NCBI GenBank assembly: GCA_034660535.1
Contig: JAYEJK010000148.1
Location: forward strand, 1-40,965
Length of the DNA: 40,965 nt
Source of the DNA: Thermodesulfobacteriota bacterium
GTDB taxonomy: Bacteria > Desulfobacterota > Desulfobulbia > Desulfobulbales > DAOVYS01
Reading direction: 5' to 3'
The notes under the pieces were generated by a model, which was not told the DNA's origin, did no database searches, and saw nothing but the letters and a program-made list of their open reading frames with translations. This document shows, in pieces, positions 7,326 through 17,167 of the stretch (its first letter is position 1; the number at the start of each line of letters is the position of its first letter). The position numbers and the translations under genes were made by a program.

Positions 7326-8550
7326 ATATTTTTGCCAGAAAAACCCCGAGATGTGTGGCTTCGGCAGCGCTTTTTGCGGCCGCAAGACCTTGCCGCCATT
7401 GGAGAAGGCATCCGGAACAGGTGGTTACGACAGTATCGGCCCCGAGAGATTCAAAATCCGTTATCAGACGGTCACGGATATCATGTGAAAGGCCGGGGTG
7501 GAGTAAACTGAAGAGGCCGCCGTGGCCGCAGCATTGAGAGCCATGGGGTAATTCCATGAGTTCAATGCCGGGGAACCGCGCAAGGAGTCTTCTGGGCGCA
7601 TCTATTATCTTTAATCCGAATTTCAGGTGGCAGGGATCATGATAGATCACTCGCCTTTTGACAGACCCGGAACCATTAAATATCTCTTCACAACGTGCCT
7701 GAAATTTCATGGAGTTTACAAAATAAGTTGAAAATTCCTGTAGACGACCGGCAAAATGAATCGCCCGATTTTTCCAGTCGTCGTCATCCTCTAAAAGATC
7801 AGGATAGGTTTTAAGATGGGAATAACACGAGGCACAGGAAGTAAAAATGGGCAGGGAGTTCGCCTCAAAGGCCGCGATATTCGTCTTGGCGAGTTTTTTT
7901 GCAAGTTTTAAGTCGCCGGCGGCCTGCGCTGCAAGACCGCAACATGCCTGGGTCGCGGGCACGTCCAAGGATGAACCGCATCCTTTCTGTAAAAGCATTT
8001 CAGTCGCAGAGCCGATCTCAGGAAACAGGTAATCGGCTGCGCATCCGGTAAAATAGGAAAGATCGGGATTCCCCTGCGCCGGCCCGGCCTTCAAACGGGC
8101 GACAGCGTACCGTTCAGAAGTTACAGGCAAGATCCATTGTTCGGCAAATTCAAGCAGGCGTAATCGCAGACCGCTATCAGCCGGCAGGTTTTTTATAAGG
8201 ATCTCATTAGCTCTGCCGGCAGTTTTAATAAACCGTGAAACAAGACCAAGGTGCGAAAGGGCCTTCTGGGAAATCAACTTTTTTGTAAAGTATATATCTT
8301 CAAAACACCCAAGCTTGTGTCTGGCCGTGATTACAAGAGCCGGCGTATCAAGAAATCTGGGACACACGTCATTACAGGCGCCGCACAGAAGACATTTCGA
8401 GATGATGTCCGGATAAGCTGATGATCGTTTTGAAGCGGAAAGGCGGTTTATAAGATGATGTTTGCCTCTGGCTGTAAGGGACTCACGTCCGGTCACCCGG
8501 TATATCGGGCAAACGGATGTACAGGCGCCGCATTTTGCACATTGATTCAC
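7306..8550 (-). CDS. (Fe-S)-binding oxidoreductase, GlcF/GlpC/HdrD-like, with two CCG domains
   Basis: There are two ferredoxin-type motifs, CAKCGACTSVCP and CLLCGACNDVCP. They are followed by two cysteine-rich CCG-type segments, ...ACCGLAAQ... and ...SQCCGHGG... Confidence 0.8.
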   Translation of the reverse strand: MNQCAKCGACTSVCPIYRVTGRESLTARGKHHLINRLSASKRSSAYPDIISKCLLCGACNDVCPRFLDTPALVITARHKLGCFEDIYFTKKLISQKALSHLGLVSRFIKTAGRANEILIKNLPADSGLRLRLLEFAEQWILPVTSERYAVARLKAGPAQGNPDLSYFTGCAADYLFPEIGSATEMLLQKGCGSSLDVPATQACCGLAAQAAGDLKLAKKLAKTNIAAFEANSLPIFTSCASCYSHLKTYPDLLEDDDDWKNRAIHFAGRLQEFSTYFVNSMKFQARCEEIFNGSGSVKRRVIYHDPCHLKFGLKIIDAPRRLLARFPGIELMELPHGSQCCGHGGLFSLLHPGLSHDIRDRLITDFESLGADTVVTTCSGCLLQWRQGLAAAKSAAEATHLGVFLAKIYARHLK

Positions 8551-8556
8551 TAAAAA

Positions 8557-9655
8557 CTATCTCGGCTGCCAAAGCAGAAACGCCTTGATAAAGGGATCCA
8601 GATTCCCGTCCAGCACACTGTCCACGTTTCCGATTTCACGGCCGGTCCGATGGTCCTTGATCAACCTGTAAGGCTGCAGAATATAGGATCTGATCTGGCT
8701 TCCCCAGGCGATTTCTTTTTTTTCGCCGTGCATTTCCTCCTTCTGCTCCTTTTTAATCTCTTCTTCCCGTTGATAGAGCCTGGCCTTAAGCATTTTCATG
8801 GAGATTTCCTTGTTTCGATGCTGGGACCGTTCATTCTGGCACTGTACCACGATGCCTGTGGGAAAGTGTGTTATCCTGACGGCGGAGCTGGTCTTATTCA
8901 CGTGCTGACCGCCGGCCCCGCTGGCCCGGTAGGTGTCAATCCGGAGATCCTTTTCATTGATCTCGATCTTAATTGAGTCGTCAAGTTCAGGAAACACAAA
9001 GACCGAGGCAAACGAGGTGTGTCTTCTGGCGCCTGCGTCAAAGGGAGAGATACGGACAAGCCTGTGAATCCCCATCTCGGACCTTAAGTGTCCATAGGCA
9101 TTTTTCCCCTTGATCATAAGCGTTACGCTCTTAACCCCAGCCTCATCACCGGCAATGTAATCCAGGGTCTTGGCGGGGAATTTTTTTTCTTCCGCCCATC
9201 TGAGATACATGCGGAGCAGCATGCTCACCCAGTCCTGGGCCTCTGTGCCGCCTGCTCCGGCATGAATGGTCACCATGGCATTGCATTTGTCATGCTCACC
9301 GGAAAACATGCATTCCATTTCAAATGACACGACTCGGGCGTGCAAAGTGTCCAGGAGTTCGGAAGCTTCATTCTCAGTCTCAGCATCCCGCTCTTCCACG
9401 GCAAGTTCCAGAAGAATTTCGCCTTCTTCCCAAGTGGAATAGAGGGATTCCCAGCCTTCTATAGCTTCCTGAAGCCGTCCCCGTTCTTTCTGGACCTTTC
9501 GGGCGTTTTCCTGATCATCCCAGAAATTTTGGACCAGGCTTTGCTTTTCCAATATTTTCAGCCGCTCTCTCTTGTCGGCTAATTCAAAGATGGTCCTGTA
9601 ACGCTAGTAAACGGTTTTTAAGATCCTGAAGCTTCTGCTTAAGTTCTGCTGACAT
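8557..9655 (-). CDS. prfB: Peptide chain release factor 2, with programmed +1 frameshift
   Basis: ORF0 runs from ATG 9655: MSAELKQKLQDLKNRLLALQDHL, then CTT TGA (TGA at 9586..9584). A +1 shift continues ELADKRERLKILEKQSLVQNFWDDQ..., giving 365 aa in total. The SPF and GGQ (RASGAGGQHVNK) motifs are present. An AGGA lies just upstream of CTTTGA. Confidence 0.93.
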
Positions 9656-11266
9656 TTCATTTTTCCTTGGTTTAAATTTTACCTGCCTGACCAGGATGAA
9701 ACCTGGAAGCAGTAAAATCAGGCAGAGAGTTGCAAACCAGTGACCATAGGTCACAAAAAAAGTTTCCTCTTCAAGCAGTGAAACCTGCTCGATGAGGAAA
9801 TATGGTTCAAAAAGCGGGGAAATCTCCGACAGCCGGCCAAGAGGGTCCACAAAGCCGCTGATTCCGGTATTGGCTGCCCTGGCCAGGCTTATCCTGGTTT
9901 CAACCGACCGGAACACCGCCATGGAGAAATGCTGCCACGGGGCCCCGGATCGGCCGAACCAGGCATCATTTGTCAGATTCACCAAAAGATTTGCGCCGCC
10001 TGCCGCCTGCGCCCGGACCAGTTCCGGGAAAATGCTCTCAAAACAGATTAATACACCAATTTTTGCATTCCGGCAAGAAATTGGTTCTCTAAATGTACCC
10101 GGTGTAAAATCGCCCATGGTTTCCACAAGCGGTCCTGGAAAAGGGAGAATTTTTTTTAAGGGAATGTATTCCCCGAACGGAACAAGATGCTGCTTGTCAT
10201 ATCTGCCTGTAACATCTCCGGTATCCGTAATCAGAAAGGCGCTGTTGAAATACCTTATTGAGGCCGAACCAGGTGAAAATTCACGGTGCGGCGCCCCTGT
10301 CAGAAGAAATACCCGGTTTTTTTTGGCCAGACGGTCGACCAACCCGGAAAAGAGCCGGCTCTCCATAGGATAGAAGGGCATGGCCGTCTCAGGCCAAACC
10401 ACCATGTCAATCTTCTGTTCTGAAATAGCGGATTCAGACAAGCGCAGGTAACTTCGGACCGTATTTTTTTGAAGGCTTGGAATCCATTTTTGGTCCTGGT
10501 CAATATTGCCTTGAATCACTGCAACGGTCATCGTATCCGCCGAGTCCGCGATTTCGGCCATCTGATTATAGCGCAGAAAGCTGTAGGAAAACGCCGCCGT
10601 TACCAGCAGGACAGCAGGAAAAATAACCAACGCCCGGACCTTCCCCTTACTCTCCTTTCCAATTGTCGCTCCTTTTTTTTGAAACAGAAAAGAAAATATA
10701 GCAAGGATAATCCCATTTACAAGGACAATCAGGAACGTAATACCGTGATGACCGACAAGATCGGCTGACTGGATAAGAATAGGAAAATTGTACTGTGAAT
10801 AGGCCAAATCCTGCCAGGGAAATCCGGAAAAAAGCCGGCTTCGGACAAGATCAAGGGCCACCCATAGAACAGGAGCCGCCCACAGCCAGGGAACCGTCCC
10901 GGTCGACCAGCTTAAGCCGGCGGAAAAGAGAGCCATATAGAGACTCATGTAAAGAGAGAGCAAGAGAAGGGCAGGAATTGAAACCCACAAGGATAGATGA
11001 CCGTACGTGCCCAGAACGATCAGGATCCAGGAAAGCAGCAGGGTGTAGTAAACCAGGCCCGTGACAAGCCCCAGACACGCGGCCCTTTTCGGCGCCGCCT
11101 TTTTTGAAGCCCATAGGAGCGGAATGAGCGCGACCCAAGCCAGCATCCCATTTCCCATAGGCCCGGGAGAGGAAAAAAAGAGTAGCAGTCCGGACAGGAG
11201 GGGTGCAAAAAACAACCTGAAAACCGATCCGGCCCGATTCAAGCAGTTCATCCCGTTAAGGCGCAT
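9584..11266 (-). CDS. lnt: Apolipoprotein N-acyltransferase
   Basis: It has a multi-TM N-terminal half and a CN-hydrolase domain (...VVWPETAMPF..., ...IGVLICFESIFPE...). It lies downstream of corC, as in the ybeX-lnt synteny. The ORF has no stop of its own and runs in frame through prfB ORF0 to the frameshift-site TGA. Confidence 0.88.
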   Translation of the reverse strand: MRLNGMNCLNRAGSVFRLFFAPLLSGLLLFFSSPGPMGNGMLAWVALIPLLWASKKAAPKRAACLGLVTGLVYYTLLLSWILIVLGTYGHLSLWVSIPALLLLSLYMSLYMALFSAGLSWSTGTVPWLWAAPVLWVALDLVRSRLFSGFPWQDLAYSQYNFPILIQSADLVGHHGITFLIVLVNGIILAIFSFLFQKKGATIGKESKGKVRALVIFPAVLLVTAAFSYSFLRYNQMAEIADSADTMTVAVIQGNIDQDQKWIPSLQKNTVRSYLRLSESAISEQKIDMVVWPETAMPFYPMESRLFSGLVDRLAKKNRVFLLTGAPHREFSPGSASIRYFNSAFLITDTGDVTGRYDKQHLVPFGEYIPLKKILPFPGPLVETMGDFTPGTFREPISCRNAKIGVLICFESIFPELVRAQAAGGANLLVNLTNDAWFGRSGAPWQHFSMAVFRSVETRISLARAANTGISGFVDPLGRLSEISPLFEPYFLIEQVSLLEEETFFVTYGHWFATLCLILLLPGFILVRQVKFKPRKNEMSAELKQKLQDLKNRLLALQDHL

Positions 11267-11268
11267 CT

Positions 11269-12162
11269 TTAATCCCTACCACTTGATTTTTGATCGTCGA
11301 TCCGGGATTTTTCTATGGACTTATGGATTTTGACTGAAATGATTCGCCGCCTGGTCGCTGAAATAACCTCAAAAGTGAGCGGAGCAAGTTCCACCGTGGT
11401 TCCGGTTTCAGGGAGACGTCCGAGTTGATGAATGATCAGTCCGCCCACGGATTCACAAGGTCCTTCAGGTAATTTTATGTCAAAATATGATTCCACATCC
11501 TCAATATTGACCTTGGCCGCGATCATCAGGGTATTGGGGTCAATCTCGTCCCAGTCAAATTCCGGCTTGTCGTATTCGTCGTCTATTTCACCGACTATTT
11601 CTTCCAGAACATCTTCAAGCGTCACCAGGCCGCGCACCCCGCCGAATTCATCAGTGACAATGGCGAGGTGAAACTGTCTGGCCTGAAAACCCTTTAACAG
11701 ATTAAGGATCTTTTGAGTCTCAAGGGCAAAATAGGCTGGACTGGCCATCTCTCCGGCCTGAGGAGGAACTGAATCCACAGCAAAATAGGCAAGCAGATCC
11801 TTGGCGTGAAGGACGCCGACAATGTTGTCGGGAGACTCTGAATATATCGGAATACGCGTGAAGCCTTTCTCTGTGATCAGACGCATGATGTCCGCGGCAG
11901 AGGCGGTGTCCGGAGCGCAAACCATTTCCGTGCGGGGCGTCATAATTTCTCGAGCAAGTGTATCTCTAAGGTCAAAAATGTTACTGATCATTCGGCCTTC
12001 ATGGCTGGTGATCAGGCCGGACTCCTCGCCCTCGTCGACCAGAACCTGGATTTCCTGTTCCAGGTCCTCGTGTGTGTCAGGGGAGCAGGGAACACCGACA
12101 AACTCAAGAAAGCGTTTAATAAATGAAGATTCTTTTGATTCAGGAGGGGGATTGTTGTCCAT
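11269..12162 (-). CDS. corC: CBS-pair / CorC_HlyC domain protein (CorC/YbeX family)
   Basis: ...IFDLRDTLAREIMTPRTEMV... is the entry to the CBS pair. The C-terminal transporter-associated domain reads ...VELAPLTFEVISATRRRIISVKI. Confidence 0.85.
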   Translation of the reverse strand: MDNNPPPESKESSFIKRFLEFVGVPCSPDTHEDLEQEIQVLVDEGEESGLITSHEGRMISNIFDLRDTLAREIMTPRTEMVCAPDTASAADIMRLITEKGFTRIPIYSESPDNIVGVLHAKDLLAYFAVDSVPPQAGEMASPAYFALETQKILNLLKGFQARQFHLAIVTDEFGGVRGLVTLEDVLEEIVGEIDDEYDKPEFDWDEIDPNTLMIAAKVNIEDVESYFDIKLPEGPCESVGGLIIHQLGRLPETGTTVELAPLTFEVISATRRRIISVKIHKSIEKSRIDDQKSSGRD

Positions 12163-12413
12163 TAAATTTGATGTGATCGTTTACAGGGCAAGGGGTTTGC
12201 GATCCGGCAGGGCTTTTGCTATCCCTGATCGGTTACAATTTGATAGCATCGTAAAAAAGTCCCATCTAACGCGTTGTAGCAATTTTTTGAGCCTTCTGGG
12301 CCCGTTCACCATAAAACAGGACAGGACTTGGCAAAAGTGCCTGAAAGCCACGGATTTCAGGCTATAAATATAGTTCATGGCTAAGAAAAAATATGGGTAT
12401 TGTCAAGAAAAAA

Positions 12414-12442
12414 TTGACGTCCTTCCCCAAAATCGGTATAAC
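12414..12442 (+). promoter_or_regulatory. Candidate sigma70-type promoter upstream of the carboxylase cluster
   Basis: TTGACG (12414..12419), then a 17-nt spacer, then TATAAC (12437..12442), about 190 nt upstream of the 12630 ATG. Confidence 0.4.
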
Positions 12443-12629
12443 TCCCGGCTCAATTTGGTAGAAATAAGAGTGCTACGATGTTATATAGTTCAATCTGGAT
12501 TTTGCAAAATTGCGGGCCATTTTTTTGTGTGATAATACCAGTTAGCTGTTTTTTTAACTACTTTTTTAATTCCCAAGCTCTGCCTGGAAACGAGTAAAAC
12601 CCCGGAACCCGGAACGGTTACAAATAAAC

Positions 12630-14039
12630 ATGCTCAGAGAAAGAATTCTTATAGCCAACAGGGGCGAAATCGCTATAAGGATCATGGATGCGTGCAAGGC
12701 CCTGGGGCTTGAGTATATTGTGGTCTACACCACTGAGGACGAGAGTTCGGAACACGTCCGGCGAAACATCGACACTAAAAGCAACCGGAAACGGGCCTGG
12801 CGCGTCTCAAGTTACAATGATCCGAATGATATTCTCTCTGTGGCGGATTATACCAAATGCACCGCAATTCATCCTGGTTACGGCTTTTTTTCCGAGGATT
12901 TTCGTTTTGCCAGGCGTGTGTCAATCCGAAACAGGCCCTTGAAGTTCGTGGGGCCCAAGTGGGAAGTGATCAAGGACCTTGGCGATAAGATCAACACAAA
13001 AAAGGTAGCCAACCAACTGGGCATACCTACGATCCCCGGAACCGACGGCCCGATCTATAATGAAATTGAGGCGGAGGAGATTGCCTCAGGACTGTTTGAT
13101 CTTCAGCTTGATCAGAACGTTATAATGCCTTCGGTCCTGATTAAGGCTGCAGCCGGCGGCGGCGGAATGGGCATTGAGGAGGTCCATGAAATCGAGCAGT
13201 TCCGGCGTGTTTACAGAAAGGTGAAAAATTACGCAAAGCGTCAGTTCGGCGATGAAGGCGTGCTGATTGAACAATGCCTGAGAGACTACAACCATCTGGA
13301 AGTGCAACTGGTCTGCAGTCGCTACGGGGAGCGGATCCATTTCGGCACCAGGAACTGCACTATACAGAGCACAGGCCGCCAGAAACGGCTGGAAGCCGCG
13401 CCGGGCTTTGATAATTACTGCTTTTCCTATGACTTTAATTCCTCTCAGGTGCTCGATAAAATTGTGGAATATTCCTTGGATCTCGCGACTCATGTGATGT
13501 ACGACAATGTGGGAACATGGGAATGGATAGTCAGTAAAACCGGGGATCCGTACTTGTTGGAAGTAAACACCAGGATTCAGGTCGAAAACGATGTGTCTGC
13601 CCGAATAAGCTATTTAAGGGGAAAACACCCGAACCTTATCAAAGAGCAGATCCGCCTCGCTTTGGGAGATCGGATCGGATATGAGCAGGAAGACATCACC
13701 TTCAAGGGGTCAAGCATTGAGTTCCGGATCATAGCCGAAGATGCTTACCGCGGTTTTTCTCCCTGGATCGGCGCTATCTCGGAATTTCAGTTTCCTGAGC
13801 ACGAATGGGCCGCTGTTTACACCCATGTTCCGATGGACCGGCCTTACGTGATTCCAAGTGAATATGATCCCAACCTGGCTCTTGCCGTTGTATGGGGTGA
13901 TTCCATGAAGGAGACCAAAACACGGGGACGAAAATTTTTAAACGAAATCGTCATTAAGGGTAAAAATGCTGCAAATGATCCCATTCTCACAAACATACCC
14001 TACCTGAATAAAAATATAGATCGATTGCTCACCTTCTGA
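12630..14039 (+). CDS. Biotin carboxylase-like ATP-grasp enzyme (divergent AccC)
   Basis: MLRERILIANRGEIAIRIMDACKALG... and ...IHPGYGFFSEDFRFA... are collinear with AccC but clearly divergent, with an insertion near residues 45-60 and an atypical Gly-rich loop (AAAGGGGMGI). Confidence 0.85.
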   Translation: MLRERILIANRGEIAIRIMDACKALGLEYIVVYTTEDESSEHVRRNIDTKSNRKRAWRVSSYNDPNDILSVADYTKCTAIHPGYGFFSEDFRFARRVSIRNRPLKFVGPKWEVIKDLGDKINTKKVANQLGIPTIPGTDGPIYNEIEAEEIASGLFDLQLDQNVIMPSVLIKAAAGGGGMGIEEVHEIEQFRRVYRKVKNYAKRQFGDEGVLIEQCLRDYNHLEVQLVCSRYGERIHFGTRNCTIQSTGRQKRLEAAPGFDNYCFSYDFNSSQVLDKIVEYSLDLATHVMYDNVGTWEWIVSKTGDPYLLEVNTRIQVENDVSARISYLRGKHPNLIKEQIRLALGDRIGYEQEDITFKGSSIEFRIIAEDAYRGFSPWIGAISEFQFPEHEWAAVYTHVPMDRPYVIPSEYDPNLALAVVWGDSMKETKTRGRKFLNEIVIKGKNAANDPILTNIPYLNKNIDRLLTF

Positions 14040-14069
14040 TGGTGAGGTAAACGTTCATCATGTGTAAAA

Positions 14070-16328
14070 ATGGAAGATTTGAGAAAACGTCTTCTCAAGA
14101 TTGAAGACCGGATAAAATACCTTGCACAGATCAAGGAAGGCAATGAATGGGGTAATTTGTCCGGCATTGAGGAAAAATACCACCATCTTACAAATTTTTA
14201 TTACGACTTTTCACAGGATGACATAGGCAGAGGAATCCTGGATATTGAAGATTCTCTCGCCTTTCTTGAAGAACTGTGCGAGGAAAATCTGACCTCCATG
14301 GAAAGGGTTCGCATCGTTCGCAGTCCATTGCGATTCAGCCTTAAAGATATTCTTGAAAACGTTTATGAAGATTACACCGAACTCGGCGGGGAGAATGAGG
14401 CCAGCATTGACCCCTCAATGGTTGCAGCCAAGGCAAATATCTTAAGAAAGGTGAAAAACAAGACAGTTACCCGACAGGTAATGGTAATCGGCCAGGAAAA
14501 GGGCCACGGAGAAGAATATCGTAACGGCGGGTCCGTAAAACCATGGGGCAATGAAAAGGCATTAAGATTCATGCTGGTTGCCCAGACCGAAGGGATTCCA
14601 ATTCATTTTTACATCTTTACGCCTGGTTCGTTTCCGGTTGAGGAGTATCCGGGAGCTGCACAGCAGATCGCTAGAAATCTTTATGTTTTGTCAAAACTCA
14701 GGGTTCCGACCGTTTCCGTCATCTCCGAGGGCGGGTCCGGGGGGGCCGAGGCTATTGGACTTACCGATATCAGGCTCATGTTCTCCCATGGATACTACTC
14801 TGTAATCTCTCCGGAAGGCGCGGCTGCAATTGAGGGTAAGATCAGAGAAGGTAAAAAGGCGTCTAGTGAACTAATTGAAGTCTGCGCCCAACGACTCCGT
14901 ATCACATCCGCAGACAACCTGGAACTGGGCACGATTGACCGGATTATAGAGGAACCGCGACTTGGCGCCCGCAGGGATGATTTCAGTTTTTTCAGGAGGT
15001 TGAGGTTTGAAGTCATCCGCGCAACGGATGAAGTCGTTTTAGGGGCAAAAAGAAAGAGTCTCAGGGCTTTCAGGGCCCACGAGGTGAAAATCAACAAGGC
15101 TAAAGGCGCGAATCTGGATCACCACGTGGATATCTCCTGGGACTTAAATCATGATGAGATAAAACGTCTTGTGCGCCTGCGCGCTAAAAAATACCGAAAC
15201 ATGGCGTCAGAGGCTTACGGTGGAAAACCTTCAGCCCTGGCGGCCTTCTGCCGGAAGAGAACAAACCGGATAGCCAGAGTCTTTTACAGTTTTCATTTCA
15301 ATCTGATCAAAAGGCAGAAACAGGTTGAACAGGTATGCAAAGATGTCTCAGGGGAAGGATCCATGCTGTGGAAACGGATTATATCTCCGTTTCACTCAGC
15401 ATATAACTTCATCTCCAAAAAATCAAAAGAGAAAACTATCAAATTCGCAACCACGGCGGAACTCCCGGTTCCCGTCTCAAAAATCGTATATGGAGATACT
15501 TACACCAGCCCCCGGGCCAATGAAGACAAGACAATAACCTGTCCGAATGCGGCGAAAAACGGCTGCAAAGACCTATGGCTGCCGGACCTGTACGGTGAAT
15601 TTTGCGGGGTATGTGAAAACTGCGGCCACCATTTTCCAATGGAATATGAGTGGTATTTAAAGCATTTATTTGACTGTCATACCATTCGGGAATTCAATGC
15701 TAAAATTTCGTCACAAAATCCTCTTTCTTATGAGGGACTTAACGATCGTCTTAAGGCGGCGACTAATAAAACCGGCAGAAAGAGCGGGATTATCACCTTT
15801 TTCGCCGACTTGATGGGCCTAAATCTCGTCGTGGCCATACTTTACAACGATTTTCGAAACGGCACCGTGGGCGCGGCAGAAGGGGAAAAGTTTGCCCTGG
15901 CCTGTGAGGTTGCCAAACTACAGAGAAAACCCCTGCTCTTCTATGTACATACGACAGCCGGCATTCGCATCCAGGAGGGAACGATCGGGGTCGTGCAGAT
16001 GCCCAAATGCACCCTGTCTGTTCGGGAATATATTGATTCCGGCGGGCTATACATTGTTGTATACGATAACAATTCCTATGCCGGCCCGGTGGCGAGTTTC
16101 CTGGGCTCTTCGCCTTACCAGTTCGCCATTCGTTCAAGCAGGATAGGTTTTGCCGGCCAGAGAGTGATCAGGGAGACCACGGGCCAAGACATCCCGCCGG
16201 ATTATCACAGCGCTAGAAACGCGTTAAAGCGCGGTCATATCCAGGGCATCTGGGATCGTCGTGAATTCCGCGGTAATCTTTACCGTTCCCTGCTTACAAT
16301 GGGAGGACGGAATCTCTATTACAGGTAA
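14070..16328 (+). CDS. Fused carboxyltransferase (AccA-like N-terminal half plus AccD-like C-terminal half with a Zn ribbon)
   Basis: 752 aa. The AccA-type segment reads ...ISEGGSGGAEAIGLTDIRLMFSHGYYSVISPEGAAAI... The AccD-type Cys4 ribbon reads CPNAAKNGC...CGVCENCGHHF. It is followed by the beta-subunit fold ...TTAGIRIQEGT... Confidence 0.82.
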   Translation: MEDLRKRLLKIEDRIKYLAQIKEGNEWGNLSGIEEKYHHLTNFYYDFSQDDIGRGILDIEDSLAFLEELCEENLTSMERVRIVRSPLRFSLKDILENVYEDYTELGGENEASIDPSMVAAKANILRKVKNKTVTRQVMVIGQEKGHGEEYRNGGSVKPWGNEKALRFMLVAQTEGIPIHFYIFTPGSFPVEEYPGAAQQIARNLYVLSKLRVPTVSVISEGGSGGAEAIGLTDIRLMFSHGYYSVISPEGAAAIEGKIREGKKASSELIEVCAQRLRITSADNLELGTIDRIIEEPRLGARRDDFSFFRRLRFEVIRATDEVVLGAKRKSLRAFRAHEVKINKAKGANLDHHVDISWDLNHDEIKRLVRLRAKKYRNMASEAYGGKPSALAAFCRKRTNRIARVFYSFHFNLIKRQKQVEQVCKDVSGEGSMLWKRIISPFHSAYNFISKKSKEKTIKFATTAELPVPVSKIVYGDTYTSPRANEDKTITCPNAAKNGCKDLWLPDLYGEFCGVCENCGHHFPMEYEWYLKHLFDCHTIREFNAKISSQNPLSYEGLNDRLKAATNKTGRKSGIITFFADLMGLNLVVAILYNDFRNGTVGAAEGEKFALACEVAKLQRKPLLFYVHTTAGIRIQEGTIGVVQMPKCTLSVREYIDSGGLYIVVYDNNSYAGPVASFLGSSPYQFAIRSSRIGFAGQRVIRETTGQDIPPDYHSARNALKRGHIQGIWDRREFRGNLYRSLLTMGGRNLYYR

Positions 16329-16483
16329 GCAGGTTCAGGGTTCAGGGGTTTAAGGGGAGTTCAGGGGGGGTTAGTTTAAAGAAAATTGCAAAACGATCAA
16401 TCTTGAACCTTTTAACATGCAATACGTTTTTTGAGCCCATAACAAACCGATTTGTTTAATTATTTTCAAACCCAGACAATATA

Positions 16484-17167
16484 TTGGCGATATTACGGCG
16501 CTGGCCGACGCCTGAAAAAATGACACGGGAAGTTGACTACAACGAAATAATAAATCAGTATCGTTCCGATCCTTTTGATTATGTGGACATCTTTACGCCT
16601 CATACCGGTAAGGTCAAATACCAGGTGCGTAAAAATGATCTGGTGGAGGCGCCGGGTGGTGAATGGCAACATGTGCCCGGAACGCTTCTATATGTGCTGA
16701 CCAGGGAGAGAAATCCCAAGCCCATACACTCCTCGACCAACGGGGAGATTTCTTTTATAAGGGACGATCTTGACGGACATTTCGTTGAGGCTGGTGAAAA
16801 AATCCTTACGATTAAACATCCCTTAAAAAAACGGGAAATAATTGAGAATATTCTCAGAAAGGTGCTTTATTCGTTTCCAGCGCCTGAACGGGCTAAATAC
16901 TTTTTTTCTCTTGATATCCAGTCCAGGATTAAAAAATCAGGAATCAAGTCTGTATCTATAAATACCGGGGACGAGATTTTAACCATGTCTCTTATGAAAA
17001 GGGATATCCCTGTCTGTTATTCAGGGGAGCCTGGAATCATTCATTCCGTCTATTTTCGGCCAGGCGTTACCGTGGATCAGGATGAACCGCTTATAGGCGT
17101 CTGCTCCCAGGAAAAACTGCCCTTGATAAAACAAATTGTAAACCGTGTCAAAGCTGAATGGCACTGA
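16484..17167 (+). CDS. Two-domain biotinyl/lipoyl-like carrier protein (BCCP-like)
   Basis: The C-terminal domain, ...GDEILTMSLMKRDIPVCYSGEPGIIHSVYFRPGVTVDQDEPLIGV, fits the biotinyl-domain pattern with SLMK in place of AMKM. The N-terminal half has the same hammerhead-like pattern but no MK motif. The start is uncertain: TTG at 16484 or ATG at 16520. Confidence 0.6.
   Translation: MAILRRWPTPEKMTREVDYNEIINQYRSDPFDYVDIFTPHTGKVKYQVRKNDLVEAPGGEWQHVPGTLLYVLTRERNPKPIHSSTNGEISFIRDDLDGHFVEAGEKILTIKHPLKKREIIENILRKVLYSFPAPERAKYFFSLDIQSRIKKSGIKSVSINTGDEILTMSLMKRDIPVCYSGEPGIIHSVYFRPGVTVDQDEPLIGVCSQEKLPLIKQIVNRVKAEWH

Noticed and set aside
9792-11333. Multiple + strand ORFs inside lnt (9792..10373, 10469..10768, 10795..11064, 11061..11333)
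   Set aside because: They are antisense to a well-supported lnt frame with a CN-hydrolase domain and TM helices. They have no motifs.
12181-12378. ORFs 12181..12378 (-) and 11822..12367 (+) near the corC start
   Set aside because: The + ORF is antisense to corC. The 65-aa minus ORF lies in the promoter-bearing intergenic region, with no SD or motif.
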